From the NCBI GenBank assembly GCA_002898395.1, contig BEHE01000006.1, forward strand, positions 1 to 64,000: a DNA stretch of 64,000 nucleotides, in the 5' to 3' direction. Every line of letters begins with the position of its first letter. Position 1 is the first letter of the stretch. The position numbers were made by a program, and so were the translations under genes. Under the pieces are notes generated by a model, which saw nothing but the letters and a program-made list of their open reading frames with translations, was not told where the DNA came from and searched no databases. The DNA is from Candidatus Calditenuaceae archaeon HR02. Lineage in GTDB: Archaea; Thermoproteota; Nitrososphaeria_A; Caldarchaeales; Calditenuaceae. Positions 1-9,069 of the stretch are shown here, one piece after another.

Positions 1-499
1 GCTAAATAAAGATGGCAGATGGGTCATAGAAGTTCAGTCTAGGACTCTCTATGAATTGTTTAAGAAGCCCGTCGATATCGACAGAATAAGACCATTCGTT
101 GAACACTGTGAGCGATGTATCTCAATGTTTCTGAGAGGGTTCTGTGATAGCGAAGGGTGCGTTTCTGAAGACGGCACCATAACCGTGTATAATGCCGATT
201 ATAAACTGCTAACATACGTCATATATCTCCTAGAGAGAATTGGTATAGAGACGACTCAGAGAGAGCCGAGGATTAATAGACGAGTTGGCAGATTGTTTAG
301 AGACACCAGGTCAGGCAAACTATACAAATCCAGAAAAAATGTCTACTACATCGAGATATGGAGGGGCTTTAATAAGAGGTTCTACGAGAAAGTTGGCTTC
401 ACCATTGAAAGAAAAAGGATAAGGCTAGAAGAATATCTCAGGAGAAGAGGACTAATACCAACCACCTCCCCCTCTCTTTTTCTTCCCACTTACCCATAA
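1..499 (+). CDS. Free-standing LAGLIDADG homing-endonuclease-like protein, 5' end outside window
   Basis: Frame is open from base 2 (LNKDGRWVIEVQSRTLYELFKK). It carries the LAGLIDADG motif FLRGFCDSEGCV and a typical C-terminal F...VGFTIERK segment. Confidence 0.85.
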   Translation, partial: LNKDGRWVIEVQSRTLYELFKKPVDIDRIRPFVEHCERCISMFLRGFCDSEGCVSEDGTITVYNADYKLLTYVIYLLERIGIETTQREPRINRRVGRLFRDTRSGKLYKSRKNVYYIEIWRGFNKRFYEKVGFTIERKRIRLEEYLRRRGLIPTTSPSLFLPTYP

Positions 500-538
500 T
501 CAAACCAACACACCCTCACTAACTAGAAACATAGCCAT

Positions 539-631
539 TGCCCCGGGCCGGATTTGAACCGGCGACTTCCCGGTCTCTGATTGTTTGTGGGAGCTTCAGC
601 CGGGCGCTCTCCCTGGCTGAGCTACCGGGGC
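539..631 (-). tRNA. tRNA-Phe(GAA) with 19-nt intron at 37/38 (575-593)
   Basis: Reverse complement folds as a cloverleaf: GCCCCGG acceptor, CCCGG-CTGAAG/A-CCGGG anticodon arm, GGTTCAAATCC T-arm. Intron TCAG pairs with CTGA, giving a BHB-like motif. CCA is not encoded. Confidence 0.95.
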
Positions 632-1029
632 CGCGGTGTGTATTGGTATGTTCTTCTATTTAGGTGTCAGGGTGTTGGGGGTGTTTTAAGGGTTTCTGTG
701 GCGGGTTTTAGACCGTCTGTCTCTCTGTTGTCTGGGGTTTCTCGGTGAGTATTCTGTTTGCCTTCTCCCAGAACTATGGTGGCTATGTTTTCTTCGTTTC
801 TATCTCGGTAGATATGGACCAGTTATAGCTTCCGCGAATAACTATTGATTAATCGATCACCATGAATTTGTAGTGTCTGAGGCATGGGTTTTCGTTAAGC
901 CTCACATATATCCCGTCTCCCTGAACCTCTGATATTAAGACCTGGGCAGCATCTTCCATCTCAATGTAAATGTCTTTAATTCCTGAGACAACCAAATGTC
1001 TCGGCAACGCGTTTATTTGAAATCTAGGC

Positions 1030-1389
1030 TCAGAGGGCTGTGAGGCCGTAGGGGCGGGAGTGCTCGAGGGCTCCTGTGGCAGGGTCGACTCGTAGACCCA
1101 ATCCCTCGAGTGCAATGGCTCCCAGCAGCAGTTCAGGGGTTTCGAGGATGGCGACTGGTACAACACCTTCTCTATCAAGTGGCTTGATGCAAGCGACCGT
1201 GATTCCGGCTTCAACTGTCAGGCGATCAGCAAGAACTAGGCTGGCTATCTCCTGCGGCTCGAGGCCTAATTCCGCTGCAAGCCCCGGCGGGACGATAGTA
1301 TAGAATGCGCTGGTGTCGACTAGGGACTCAATCTCCTTCAACTTCTCTCTTCTCCGGCCAATAAGACCCTTCACTCTTACATAACCCAT
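1030..1389 (-). CDS. Clan AA (retropepsin-like) aspartyl protease, archaeal AF0612-like
   Basis: LVDTSA catalytic motif (usually DTGA) and LLGAIALEGLGLRVDP C-terminus. Start set at MGYVRV. Confidence 0.8.
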   Translation of the reverse strand: MGYVRVKGLIGRRREKLKEIESLVDTSAFYTIVPPGLAAELGLEPQEIASLVLADRLTVEAGITVACIKPLDREGVVPVAILETPELLLGAIALEGLGLRVDPATGALEHSRPYGLTAL

Positions 1390-1715
1390 TCCAACACAGC
1401 CTTGCGTAGCCTCTATTAACTTCATCGGCTACCACCCGTTCCGCTAATCCTCCTCTCTATATCCTCTACGCCCGTCTCAGAGTAATCACTAAAGAGGACC
1501 TGAAGGAGCTTTCTACATCCCTCCCCTCAGAGAAGGCCCTAGCCACTCTCTCACCCTATCTAAGACCCATACTCAGAATACTGTATGGGAACTAGGCCAG
1601 CCACATGTTGTTGAAGTATCAGATTAGAAGATTGCCCAAAAATCTCAGTAGTCGTTCAACTGCTAGGCTTCCTAAAAATCCCATCACGTATATCATCTTT
1701 GAAGATGCTGGAGGT

Positions 1716-2021
1716 GATGAGGAAAGAGTAGAAGGATCCTTAAAGGTTGGTCAAAACGGCGCCTAGGCTCGAGTATCTCAGGTTACCTTAAAACACACGA
1801 TATTAAATGCTTATTCCTCCTGTCTCAGAGTCTTAGGAGTTGATAGGTTCTTCTCTTGTTACGCTTAGTGGAGTCCACACGGCTATTACGAGGGCTAATC
1901 TAAGCCTCCTGATAGTCTCAGGAGGTTCCTGGCAATGGGAAGGCTACGGCGCGGAGCGCCTATCAACTAATTGCTCTTTACAGGAATGGTTGATATTATA
2001 TTGTATCCGGTGAAGAGTCTC
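1716..2021. repeat. Degenerate direct repeat, copy 1 (partner 3636-4125)
   Basis: Blocks aaggttggtcaaaac...gatattaaatgcttattcctcct and gtctcaggagg...tccggtgaa.agtctctt recur near 3664 and 4008. Confidence 0.85.
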
Positions 2022-2334
2022 TTGATTCTAGCAGAAGCGTTTGGCTCAGTATAGGACCCATTTCGACCAGCTTTTCCTGATTCGTTTTTTGGCTCTTCGC
2101 CTCACCTCTTGCTTCACGGGAGGCGGTGAAGTGAGTTGCCCCCGTGTTAGCGATCGTGGGTCTGGTCCTCTCGACCCTCTCCTCCGGTATACTGACGAGG
2201 GTTATGCACCTGCTTGGTAGGGATCTTGGCACATCCGCATAGGGACCACGCATTGGTACATATGGCTACATATATGTTCGGTTTTTAAAGCCGAAACCCC
2301 ACCTTATTTTGCCCAAAAGTTAAAGGATGAAAAC

Positions 2335-2553
2335 GGATAGTGTTCGGATAAGCGCCTTTATAGGTAAACTCTCTCGACCTGCCCTGTACATTTAAAAGAG
2401 GGCTGTACTGATAACATTGATGCCCTCATCAGTGCTCCGAGACGCCCTGATGCCTCGATTTGGGGGCCTCCCATTACACCTGAAACGACTTGAGACCAAT
2501 CCACTACAAACACAATCAGACTTTAAATAAACCACCCTTATCTGGACACTATC
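2335..2553. mobile_element. MITE, family A (TIR GGATAGTGTCCGGATAAG-like)
   Basis: Ends ggatagtgttcggataag and cttatctggacactatc. The interior is homologous, in reverse orientation, to 18681-18898. No ORF. Confidence 0.85.
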
Positions 2554-2574
2554 AACGTTAGATAAGGGATTAAT

Positions 2575-2605
2575 AGTTACGTAGGTAATCAGTTACGTAG
2601 GTAAC
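2575..2605. promoter_or_regulatory. Tandem pseudo-palindromic operator-like repeat directly before the ATPase start
   Basis: AGTTACGTAGGTAA occurs twice. Each unit is GTTAC-N4-GTAA(C). Confidence 0.5.
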
Positions 2606-2606
2606 C

Positions 2607-3584
2607 TTGCTCTTCGATCTAAGGCCTAAAGAATCGCTCAAAGACCTGTATGACAGGGTTGCGGAGTATCGGGAGCTTTCGCGCTTAACGGGCTCAGGGC
2701 ATTGGGTCGCGGTGCTTGGCAAGAGGATGACTGGGAAGACAAGCCTGATAAAGACGTTCGCGAGGGAGAACAAGGGCATATATGTTAATCTTCTCGGAGC
2801 AAGGAGTTTTGAGGATGTTTCAAAAAGGCTTCTCGCGGGGTTGGGGCTAAAACTGGATGAGCTAACACTCAACCTGAAATTCTTGCAGATAAGGTGGGGC
2901 AGGGTCTTGGATGAGGCCTTCCAGTTCGTGAAGGAAAAGATAATAGTTCTCGATGAAGTTCAAGAAATATCCTCGCCACACTTCCTCAAAATCTTGAAAA
3001 GGGTCTGGGATGAGTACAGTGGGATAAGAATAGTTTTCTCGGGCTCCTACATTGGGGTCCTGAGGAGGCTGCTCGAGCCGAGCCCGGCCTCACCATTATA
3101 TGGGAGGAAGCCTGCTACCATCGTGCTGAAACCCTTCGATCACGAGACCTCAAAAAACTTCCTCATATCGGGCTTCCAAGAATACCACCAGATAAGCTTC
3201 AAGGGGGAGGAGATAGAGGAGGCGGTCGAGAGGCTAAACGGCTACGTCGGATGGCTAACATATTATGGGAACTTCAGATGCGAGAGGAGGCTCCCGCATG
3301 ATGAGGCCTTAAGGGAGACCGTGAGGGAGGGTTCAAAGATCATCCAAACTGAGCTAGACCACTTCCTCAAAAATAGGAGGAGAGAGCTCTACGTAAAGGT
3401 ATTAAGAATCGTCAGAGCGGGTGCGAGATGGAGTGAGATAAAAAGGGATCTCAATATAAACAGCAAAGTTCTAAACGATATCCTAAAAAATCTAACATCG
3501 GCAATGATAGTGGAGGGGAAGGAAGGATACTATTGGATAGAGGACCCAATAATGAGGGAGGCGGTTAAAAAACTGAGACCATAA
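2607..3584 (+). CDS. Archaeal AAA+ ATPase with C-terminal winged helix
   Basis: Walker A GKRMTGKTS, Walker B IIVLDEVQE, FSGS sensor and C-terminal RWSEIK...Y.IEDP. Confidence 0.9.
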   Translation: MLFDLRPKESLKDLYDRVAEYRELSRLTGSGHWVAVLGKRMTGKTSLIKTFARENKGIYVNLLGARSFEDVSKRLLAGLGLKLDELTLNLKFLQIRWGRVLDEAFQFVKEKIIVLDEVQEISSPHFLKILKRVWDEYSGIRIVFSGSYIGVLRRLLEPSPASPLYGRKPATIVLKPFDHETSKNFLISGFQEYHQISFKGEEIEEAVERLNGYVGWLTYYGNFRCERRLPHDEALRETVREGSKIIQTELDHFLKNRRRELYVKVLRIVRAGARWSEIKRDLNINSKVLNDILKNLTSAMIVEGKEGYYWIEDPIMREAVKKLRP

Positions 3585-3635
3585 AACATTCCCCCAAACC
3601 TCACCACATGACCACCTCTCGGGACGTTAGGGGAT

Positions 3636-4125
3636 AATGGGGAGAAAAGTAGATGGACCCTAAAAAGTTGGTCAAAACAGCGTCTAGCCTTGATTATTTT
3701 CAGGTTATCTTAAAACACATGATATTAAATGCTTATTCCTCCTTTCCCAGGTCTTAAGAATTGATAAGCTCTCCAACCAGTGGCCCACCGTCGACTCTAA
3801 TACACAGATCCTCACAATCCACCACAGGCCTCTTACACGTATTTTGCTTTAAGAATTGCAGTATTGCGGATCCTAACTGTAGAGTGTGTTAAAGTATTAT
3901 ATAATGTTCGGCCTAGCTGTAGATGTGTGCCCGGAGCTAGGAAAGGTAGGAATGAGGAGATGAAAAATGCCGTTATGAAGAAAATCGCATCTATTGCTAA
4001 TTCAGTCGGTCTCAGGAGGCTCCTGGCGATGGAAAAGCAACGGCGCGGGGCACTTCCAACGAATTAGTCTTTATAGGAATGGCTGATATTTCCCAGTATC
4101 ATTGGTGTCCGGTGAAAAGTCTCTT
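3636..4125. repeat. Degenerate direct repeat, copy 2 (probably a decayed minus-strand membrane-protein gene)
   Basis: Homologous to 1716-2021, with an extra internal segment. Confidence 0.8.
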
Positions 4126-4523
4126 GGCCCTCTGATTTCCACTTTCCGAGAGCGAGGCCTCTCTTCATGACACTTTCATCCCAGCTCCGTCCTGTATAGT
4201 GCATTAAGCCCAAGAGCTCCTAGCTTTAGATCTAGGAATCTTCGTGAAAAGTAGCATGGTGTCCGCGATAGCTTCTAGTTCCACGAGTCGCTCCTTTTAT
4301 TTTCAGACAAGGTTTCCAGCGCTATAGAGTGTTAGAAGCATTATCATCAACAGTTCACAAAGAATAGTTATAGGCCGTATAAGGCCAGGGATAGGAAGTC
4401 CTAACTCTAACAAACATAAAACCGGGAGGAAAAACCAGGCCAAAGACCTTAAGTTAACAGAGCCGCTAAGGTTACTCCGAACCATTATAAACATGTTTAG
4501 AGCTATAGATGTAGAAGAGTTGT

Positions 4524-4739
4524 ATGGATGCTTTGAAGAGGGAGTTCCTAGAGCTCCTCGATAAGGATATCGATTTCAGGTACGTAGTTGCTGGATACCT
4601 TGGTTTATCTGAGATTCTGAAGAGGCTGGATAGTTTAGCCGAGGAGCAGGATAGGCTTAGGGAAGAACAAAATATGCTTAGGGTGGAGCAGATTAAGCTT
4701 GCTGAAGAGTCAGTTCACGCTTACAGTTATACCGCGTAG
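4524..4739 (+). pseudogene. Truncated archaeal coiled-coil protein (DUF3782/paREP-like N-terminus)
   Basis: LKREFLELLDKDIDFRYVVAGYLGLSEILKRL followed by heptads (EEQDRLREEQ), then an abrupt end. Confidence 0.6.
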
Positions 4740-4981
4740 AATTGCTCTCTACCTAAACTGAAGCCAAGTGGGAAATCGCTTGTCGAGATAAGTGCTGGGA
4801 GGTTGGAGCTTGAGCGCTCGAGGATATAGATGGAGCTGGCGAGGGGCTTAAAGGCCACAGGCTCCGGATCCGAACATCGGCGAGACCCTGGCGCAGCTCG
4901 AGAAGCTTGGAAGAGGCCTACATAATCTACACATCATTCGAAAAAGTCCTCAGCCTGATCAAAAAGGGGCAAATTTAGATA

Positions 4982-5992
4982 TTGCTGAGTGGTGGGTTTG
5001 TGTTTGGGAGGTTTGCGGGTTTGAAGTATCTTGAGCTGGGTCGGAGTGGTTTGAGGGTGTCTAAGATTGGGTTAGGGACGTGGCAGATTGGGTCATCTGA
5101 GTGGGGGTGGAATAGAGGTTATGGTGTTGATGATGTTGTGAGGGCTATTGAGCGGGCGCATGAGCTTGGGATAAACTTCGTCGATACTGCCGAGATTTAT
5201 GGTGGCGGCTTATCTGAAGAGGTTGTGGGTAGGGCGATTCGACCGTTCCGGGATGAGGTGGTTGTTGCGACGAAGGTTTGGCCTACCCACGCGACATATG
5301 ATGGCGTTTTGAAGGCGTGTGAGAGGAGCTTGAAGCGGCTAGGCGTCGACGTCATAGACCTCTACCAGGTCCACTGGCCGAACCCGCTGGTCCCTCTCTC
5401 CTCAACAATGAGGGCTATGGAGAGGCTTGTGGAGCTGGGGAAGGTTAGGGCGATCGGGGTGAGCAACTTCTCACTAGGCAGGCTTAGAAGGGCTCAGGAG
5501 TGTCTCAAGAGGGAGGAGATAGGCTCGAACCAGGTCAAGTATAATCTTGTAGAGAGGGGTGTTGAGAAGGGGTTGCTGCAATACTGTGAGAGGGAGAGGG
5601 TTGCGTTGATAGCCTATAGCCCGCTGGCCCAGGGACTCTTGACTGCGCGTTACAACGCATCGAACAGGCCGAGGGATCTTGTCCGCAGGCTCAACCCCCT
5701 CTTCGACCCCGCCGTGCTTAGGAGGGCGGAGCCATTGATGACGATTCTGAGAGAGGTGGCGGCGAGACACGGCATAGAGCCCAGCCAAGTGGCCCTAGCC
5801 TGGTTGATCAAGAGAAACCATGTCATAGCCATACCCGGTGCCAAGAGGCCGGAGCAGGTTGAGTCGAACGCGCGTGCAGCAGAGCTGGAGCTCAGCGACG
5901 AGGAGTGGCGGATACTTTCTGAGGCAGGTTCTAAGGTATCGATTGGAGTTTGGCCAAAATTGAGGATTCCCCTGAGGCTGCTGGGGTTATAA
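4982..5992 (+). CDS. Aldo/keto reductase (likely start TTG 5021)
   Basis: GLGTW, DTAEIYG, VATKV, DLYQVHWP, IGVSNF, AYSPLAQG and IPGAK motifs. Confidence 0.95.
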   Translation: MLSGGFVFGRFAGLKYLELGRSGLRVSKIGLGTWQIGSSEWGWNRGYGVDDVVRAIERAHELGINFVDTAEIYGGGLSEEVVGRAIRPFRDEVVVATKVWPTHATYDGVLKACERSLKRLGVDVIDLYQVHWPNPLVPLSSTMRAMERLVELGKVRAIGVSNFSLGRLRRAQECLKREEIGSNQVKYNLVERGVEKGLLQYCERERVALIAYSPLAQGLLTARYNASNRPRDLVRRLNPLFDPAVLRRAEPLMTILREVAARHGIEPSQVALAWLIKRNHVIAIPGAKRPEQVESNARAAELELSDEEWRILSEAGSKVSIGVWPKLRIPLRLLGL

Positions 5993-6008
5993 AGTCGTGA
6001 GTTAAGTG

Positions 6009-6139
6009 CTATCTTGTTGGCTTGTTTCTAAGGTTTTGTGTTGCATCTGGGGCATCTGTTTTTATGTATTGTTGAGATTTTGAGGAGTATTTAAACCCCC
6101 TATTGTATGCACCGCTACCAGCGGCTGGGTAGTATCTTA
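6009..6139. repeat. ~130-bp dispersed non-coding repeat, copy 1 (partner 52424-52553)
   Basis: Shared gttttgtgttgcatctgg...tttatgtattgttg...agtatttaa...tatgcaccgctaccagc...gtatct. Confidence 0.85.
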
Positions 6140-6477
6140 GATTCACATTCTCAAGCCTTACTTTAAGAATGTCTGTGGAGTAGTCTTACCCTGATTGGCC
6201 TATCCCTGTTTAATAGTAGTTCTGAGGCCTTGGCAGTTATCCTTACCCTAAGCCTGCCTGAGTCGATATCGTATTCTAGGCTCCCTGATATAGAGGCCGT
6301 CCTCGAGTGGGTAAGTATAGGGCTGGCTACAAATACTGTAGTCGATGTAGGACGTTTCAGCTAACCGATAGTGTCTGTTGTCTATACTGTGGTGTGAGGA
6401 TGAGGGCTAGGCCTAGTCGTGAATGTAGGGAGAGGTGGGCCTAAACCGTATATTAGTGTCGAGGGGGTGGTGTAGAT

Positions 6478-7325
6478 ATGAGATACTGTGATGTTCACCG
6501 TAAAAGGGATGACAGCGGATACAGGATAACCTACACAATGGATGGTGAAGACTTTAGACACGTTAATTCTCCAACGGAGATTCCAGTAGGTCCTGGAGAC
6601 CAGCTATTCGTGGATGTTATACCGATAATTCATACGGATGGTTTTATTGAGCTTCTTAGGAGGGGTGTTGAGGTATACTGCCTCAGACGCACAACGCTGA
6701 TAGAGGAGACGCGGCGAAGACTGGGTATTCCAAAGTCTGGGCGAGGAGATGTGAAAGTATTAATGCATATCGAGGATAAGTGGTTCAGGAGGGTGGATGA
6801 AGGGTTCCTCATAATGAGGAGGAAGGTTTCTGTCTTTAGATGCATGGATAGAATTAATCGGAGGTTGGGAAACCAGGTCAGGGCGGCTTCTCAGACTGAA
6901 CAAGAAAGCTTGAGGAGGCTGTTAAGACAGGTAGAGGAGGAGAAAGAGATGCTGGCGAAGCTGGTCTCAGAGGAGGCCGGGAAGATATATCCAATCTTCA
7001 AAGAAATTGCCGAAGAACTCGGAATAACAGGGGATAACATAACCATGTATTGGCTAGGGAGGCTCTAGCCGAGCTATTGACATATGTTGATTTCAGTAAG
7101 TCCTTCGAAAAGGTTCGAGGATACTTAAAGCTGTTTCGGCGACGGTTGTATGATATGAGGTATGGACATGAGGCGCGTGAAGCATCGGTAAGACTTACGA
7201 TAGCGGTAATCTGTAGAAATAAGCCGAGGGCTAGAGAACAGGAGGATGTGCGGATGAGAATATGGCTGACATACAAGCAGGAGACCCAGAGGCCGGCGGA
7301 CATACCGGCCCAGCAACAGGGATAA
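6478..7325 (+). pseudogene. Highly divergent IS110/Nop-domain-like protein (RuvC-like + coiled coil + short C-terminal domain), frameshifted
   Basis: YCDVH / LFVD / KSGRGDVK resemble the IS110 DEDD motifs. LAELLTYVDFSKSFEKVRGYLKLF resembles LLAEIGD..RF.S...L.AYAGL. Removing a duplicated ATAAC (7034-7043) fuses the two ORFs. Confidence 0.6.
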
Positions 7326-7444
7326 AACCCGAGGCCGGTATGTCTAAATCAGTAACAGACTGGCGCTTTCGCCAGTCATGTCAAAGGTTTAAACAACCGG
7401 TCTCGTTTGGGTTTCCTAGATGTTGCTGGCTGGCTGTCCGCCGG
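7293..7444 (+). ncRNA. Putative structured RNA: long imperfect hairpin overlapping the 3' end of the IS110-like gene
   Basis: Nested stems CCGGCGGACA/TGTCCGCCGG, CCAGCAACA/TGTTGCTGG, CGAGGCCGGT/ACCGGTCTCG and GACTGGCG-CTTT-CGCCAGTC. Several G-U pairs form on the + strand. Confidence 0.55.
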
Positions 7445-7584
7445 GCTAACCCCCCTCCCCCCATCTTTCCATTGTTGAGTTTTTAATCCTTCACCATGGT
7501 TATCTAATGATATTGATTGTTTTAAGCCGCTCCTCCTCAGCCCCGCTTAGAGACTTATAAAGCATAGGCTAGCCACAGGTAGTG

Positions 7585-7752
7585 CGAGCGAGAGAGTTGT
7601 TATCAGTAAATGGCTTTATAGTCGAATAGCGGAAATAGCACCGGAAATGAATACGATAGTCGAGGAGAGTCGAGGAGGTCGACAACGCACAGGACTTTGA
7701 CTCTATCCTCCGCTTAGTTAAACGCGTGGTTGAGGAGACCTATAAATTCTAA
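7585..7752 (+). pseudogene. Small hypothetical ORF broken by a 10-bp tandem duplication
   Basis: AGTCGAGGAG x2 at 7658-7677. Deleting one copy gives a continuous ASERVVISKWLYSRIAEIAPEMNTIVEEVDNAQDFDSILRLVKRVVEETYKF*. Confidence 0.4.
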
Positions 7753-7793
7753 GGAGCAGTTGAGGCGAAGAGTAAAGTGCAGGGGGCGCGGAA

Positions 7794-8993
7794 GTGGTGG
7801 TGGAGATGCCTGCTGAGACCAGCCACATCCGCGTCAACCCCCACTCTACGCTTATTGTGAGGGGGCCTGCCTCTGCCAGGGTCTTAGAGGGTGCGGTGGA
7901 GGTTTACGGCTACAGTCCTGGGCAGAAGGAGAGAATAGTCGTTAAGCCGTGGAGGTCGCTGCCATTCTACTCTGAGGAAGGCGCCGTCGTGGAGGTCCTC
8001 TTGGGCGAGGGGGGAGGCGCTGAGGTTGTGGAAGGCTCTACAATACCCCAGGAGTGGGTGGACGTGGCTTCAGGGCTCGGCAGTAGGTTTAGGATTATGG
8101 TCATAGGTCGAGTTGATGTGGGGAAAACATCGCTGCTGACGTATCTTTACAATAGGCTTGTCACCGGGGGTGGGATAGCCGTGGCCGACCTAGACGTTGG
8201 ACAGTCAGAGATCTGCCCTCCAACAACCATGGGTCTAGCCGTCGGCACAAAGCCGGCTGCCAGCCTCTCCACCCTCAAGCCAGAAGCCATATACTCCTAC
8301 GGCTACACATCCCCCACATACTCGATAAAAGACTCCCTAAGAACCGCTAGAGATCTCGCGTCAAGCATCGAGGGGCTCAACAGGGTCCTAGTCAACACGG
8401 ACGGCTGGATAGACCACGAGCGCGCTAAGAATCATAAGTCACAGTTAATAGAGATTCTCAAGCCGAGCCACATCATATTCATAGGCATAAACGATCATGG
8501 AGAAATGGACGAAACCGCCGCCAAGGTGGGTGCAGAGGTCATCAACATCCACGAGCCCCGGCTTGTCATGAGGAGAGACCAGGAAGCCAGGAAGCAGATC
8601 AGAGAGATGAACTATACAAGATTCCTACGCGGGGCTAGGCTAGTCTCTACGCCGAGGCGATGGATTAAGATAACTCCACTGATCCTAGACTCGATCCCCA
8701 TAGAAGACTACCTGAAGGCCGTCATCAGGGAAATGGAGAAAGCCGCCGTTGAGAGGGCACCGCTCATCGAAGGGCTGGACATGTCTGTGGCAGAGCTAGG
8801 CATTCTCTCATACGTCAACGTTCAAGGTAGGAGGGCCCAAGGCCTCGCCCTCTTCATGGGGATAGACGATAAAAGCCTTGCCAGAATCTACACACCTTAT
8901 CAGGGACCCATACAGGAGCTGAGAGTCGGCTCACTAGTACTGTCAGCGAGCTTCAAAGAAGTTTACACCTATCTGCCACCAGAGCCTCAGTGA
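7794..8993 (+). CDS. clp1: Clp1/Grc3-family polynucleotide 5'-hydroxyl kinase
   Basis: N-terminal GPAS beta domain, P-loop GRVDVGKTS, DLDVGQSEICPP, VNTDGW and RK.IRE lid motif. Confidence 0.9.
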   Translation: MVVEMPAETSHIRVNPHSTLIVRGPASARVLEGAVEVYGYSPGQKERIVVKPWRSLPFYSEEGAVVEVLLGEGGGAEVVEGSTIPQEWVDVASGLGSRFRIMVIGRVDVGKTSLLTYLYNRLVTGGGIAVADLDVGQSEICPPTTMGLAVGTKPAASLSTLKPEAIYSYGYTSPTYSIKDSLRTARDLASSIEGLNRVLVNTDGWIDHERAKNHKSQLIEILKPSHIIFIGINDHGEMDETAAKVGAEVINIHEPRLVMRRDQEARKQIREMNYTRFLRGARLVSTPRRWIKITPLILDSIPIEDYLKAVIREMEKAAVERAPLIEGLDMSVAELGILSYVNVQGRRAQGLALFMGIDDKSLARIYTPYQGPIQELRVGSLVLSASFKEVYTYLPPEPQ

Positions 8994-9069
8994 GCATTGA
9001 GGCCTCAACAACACCGTAATGAAAAATACAGTATCTGATAATTTATATGGGATTGTATAGTGAGAGGTT

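Noticed and set aside
849-1303. ORFs 849-1214 (-) and 1076-1303 (+)
   Set aside because: They overlap the aspartyl protease gene and have no recognisable motifs.
7358-7377. Simple intrinsic terminator
   Set aside because: The hairpin has no U-tract and is the tip of a much larger structure.
7293-7500. TIGR-type repeat array after the IS110/Nop-like gene
   Set aside because: Only one long hairpin is present. No periodic ~36-nt units or repeated box C/D-like motifs could be found.
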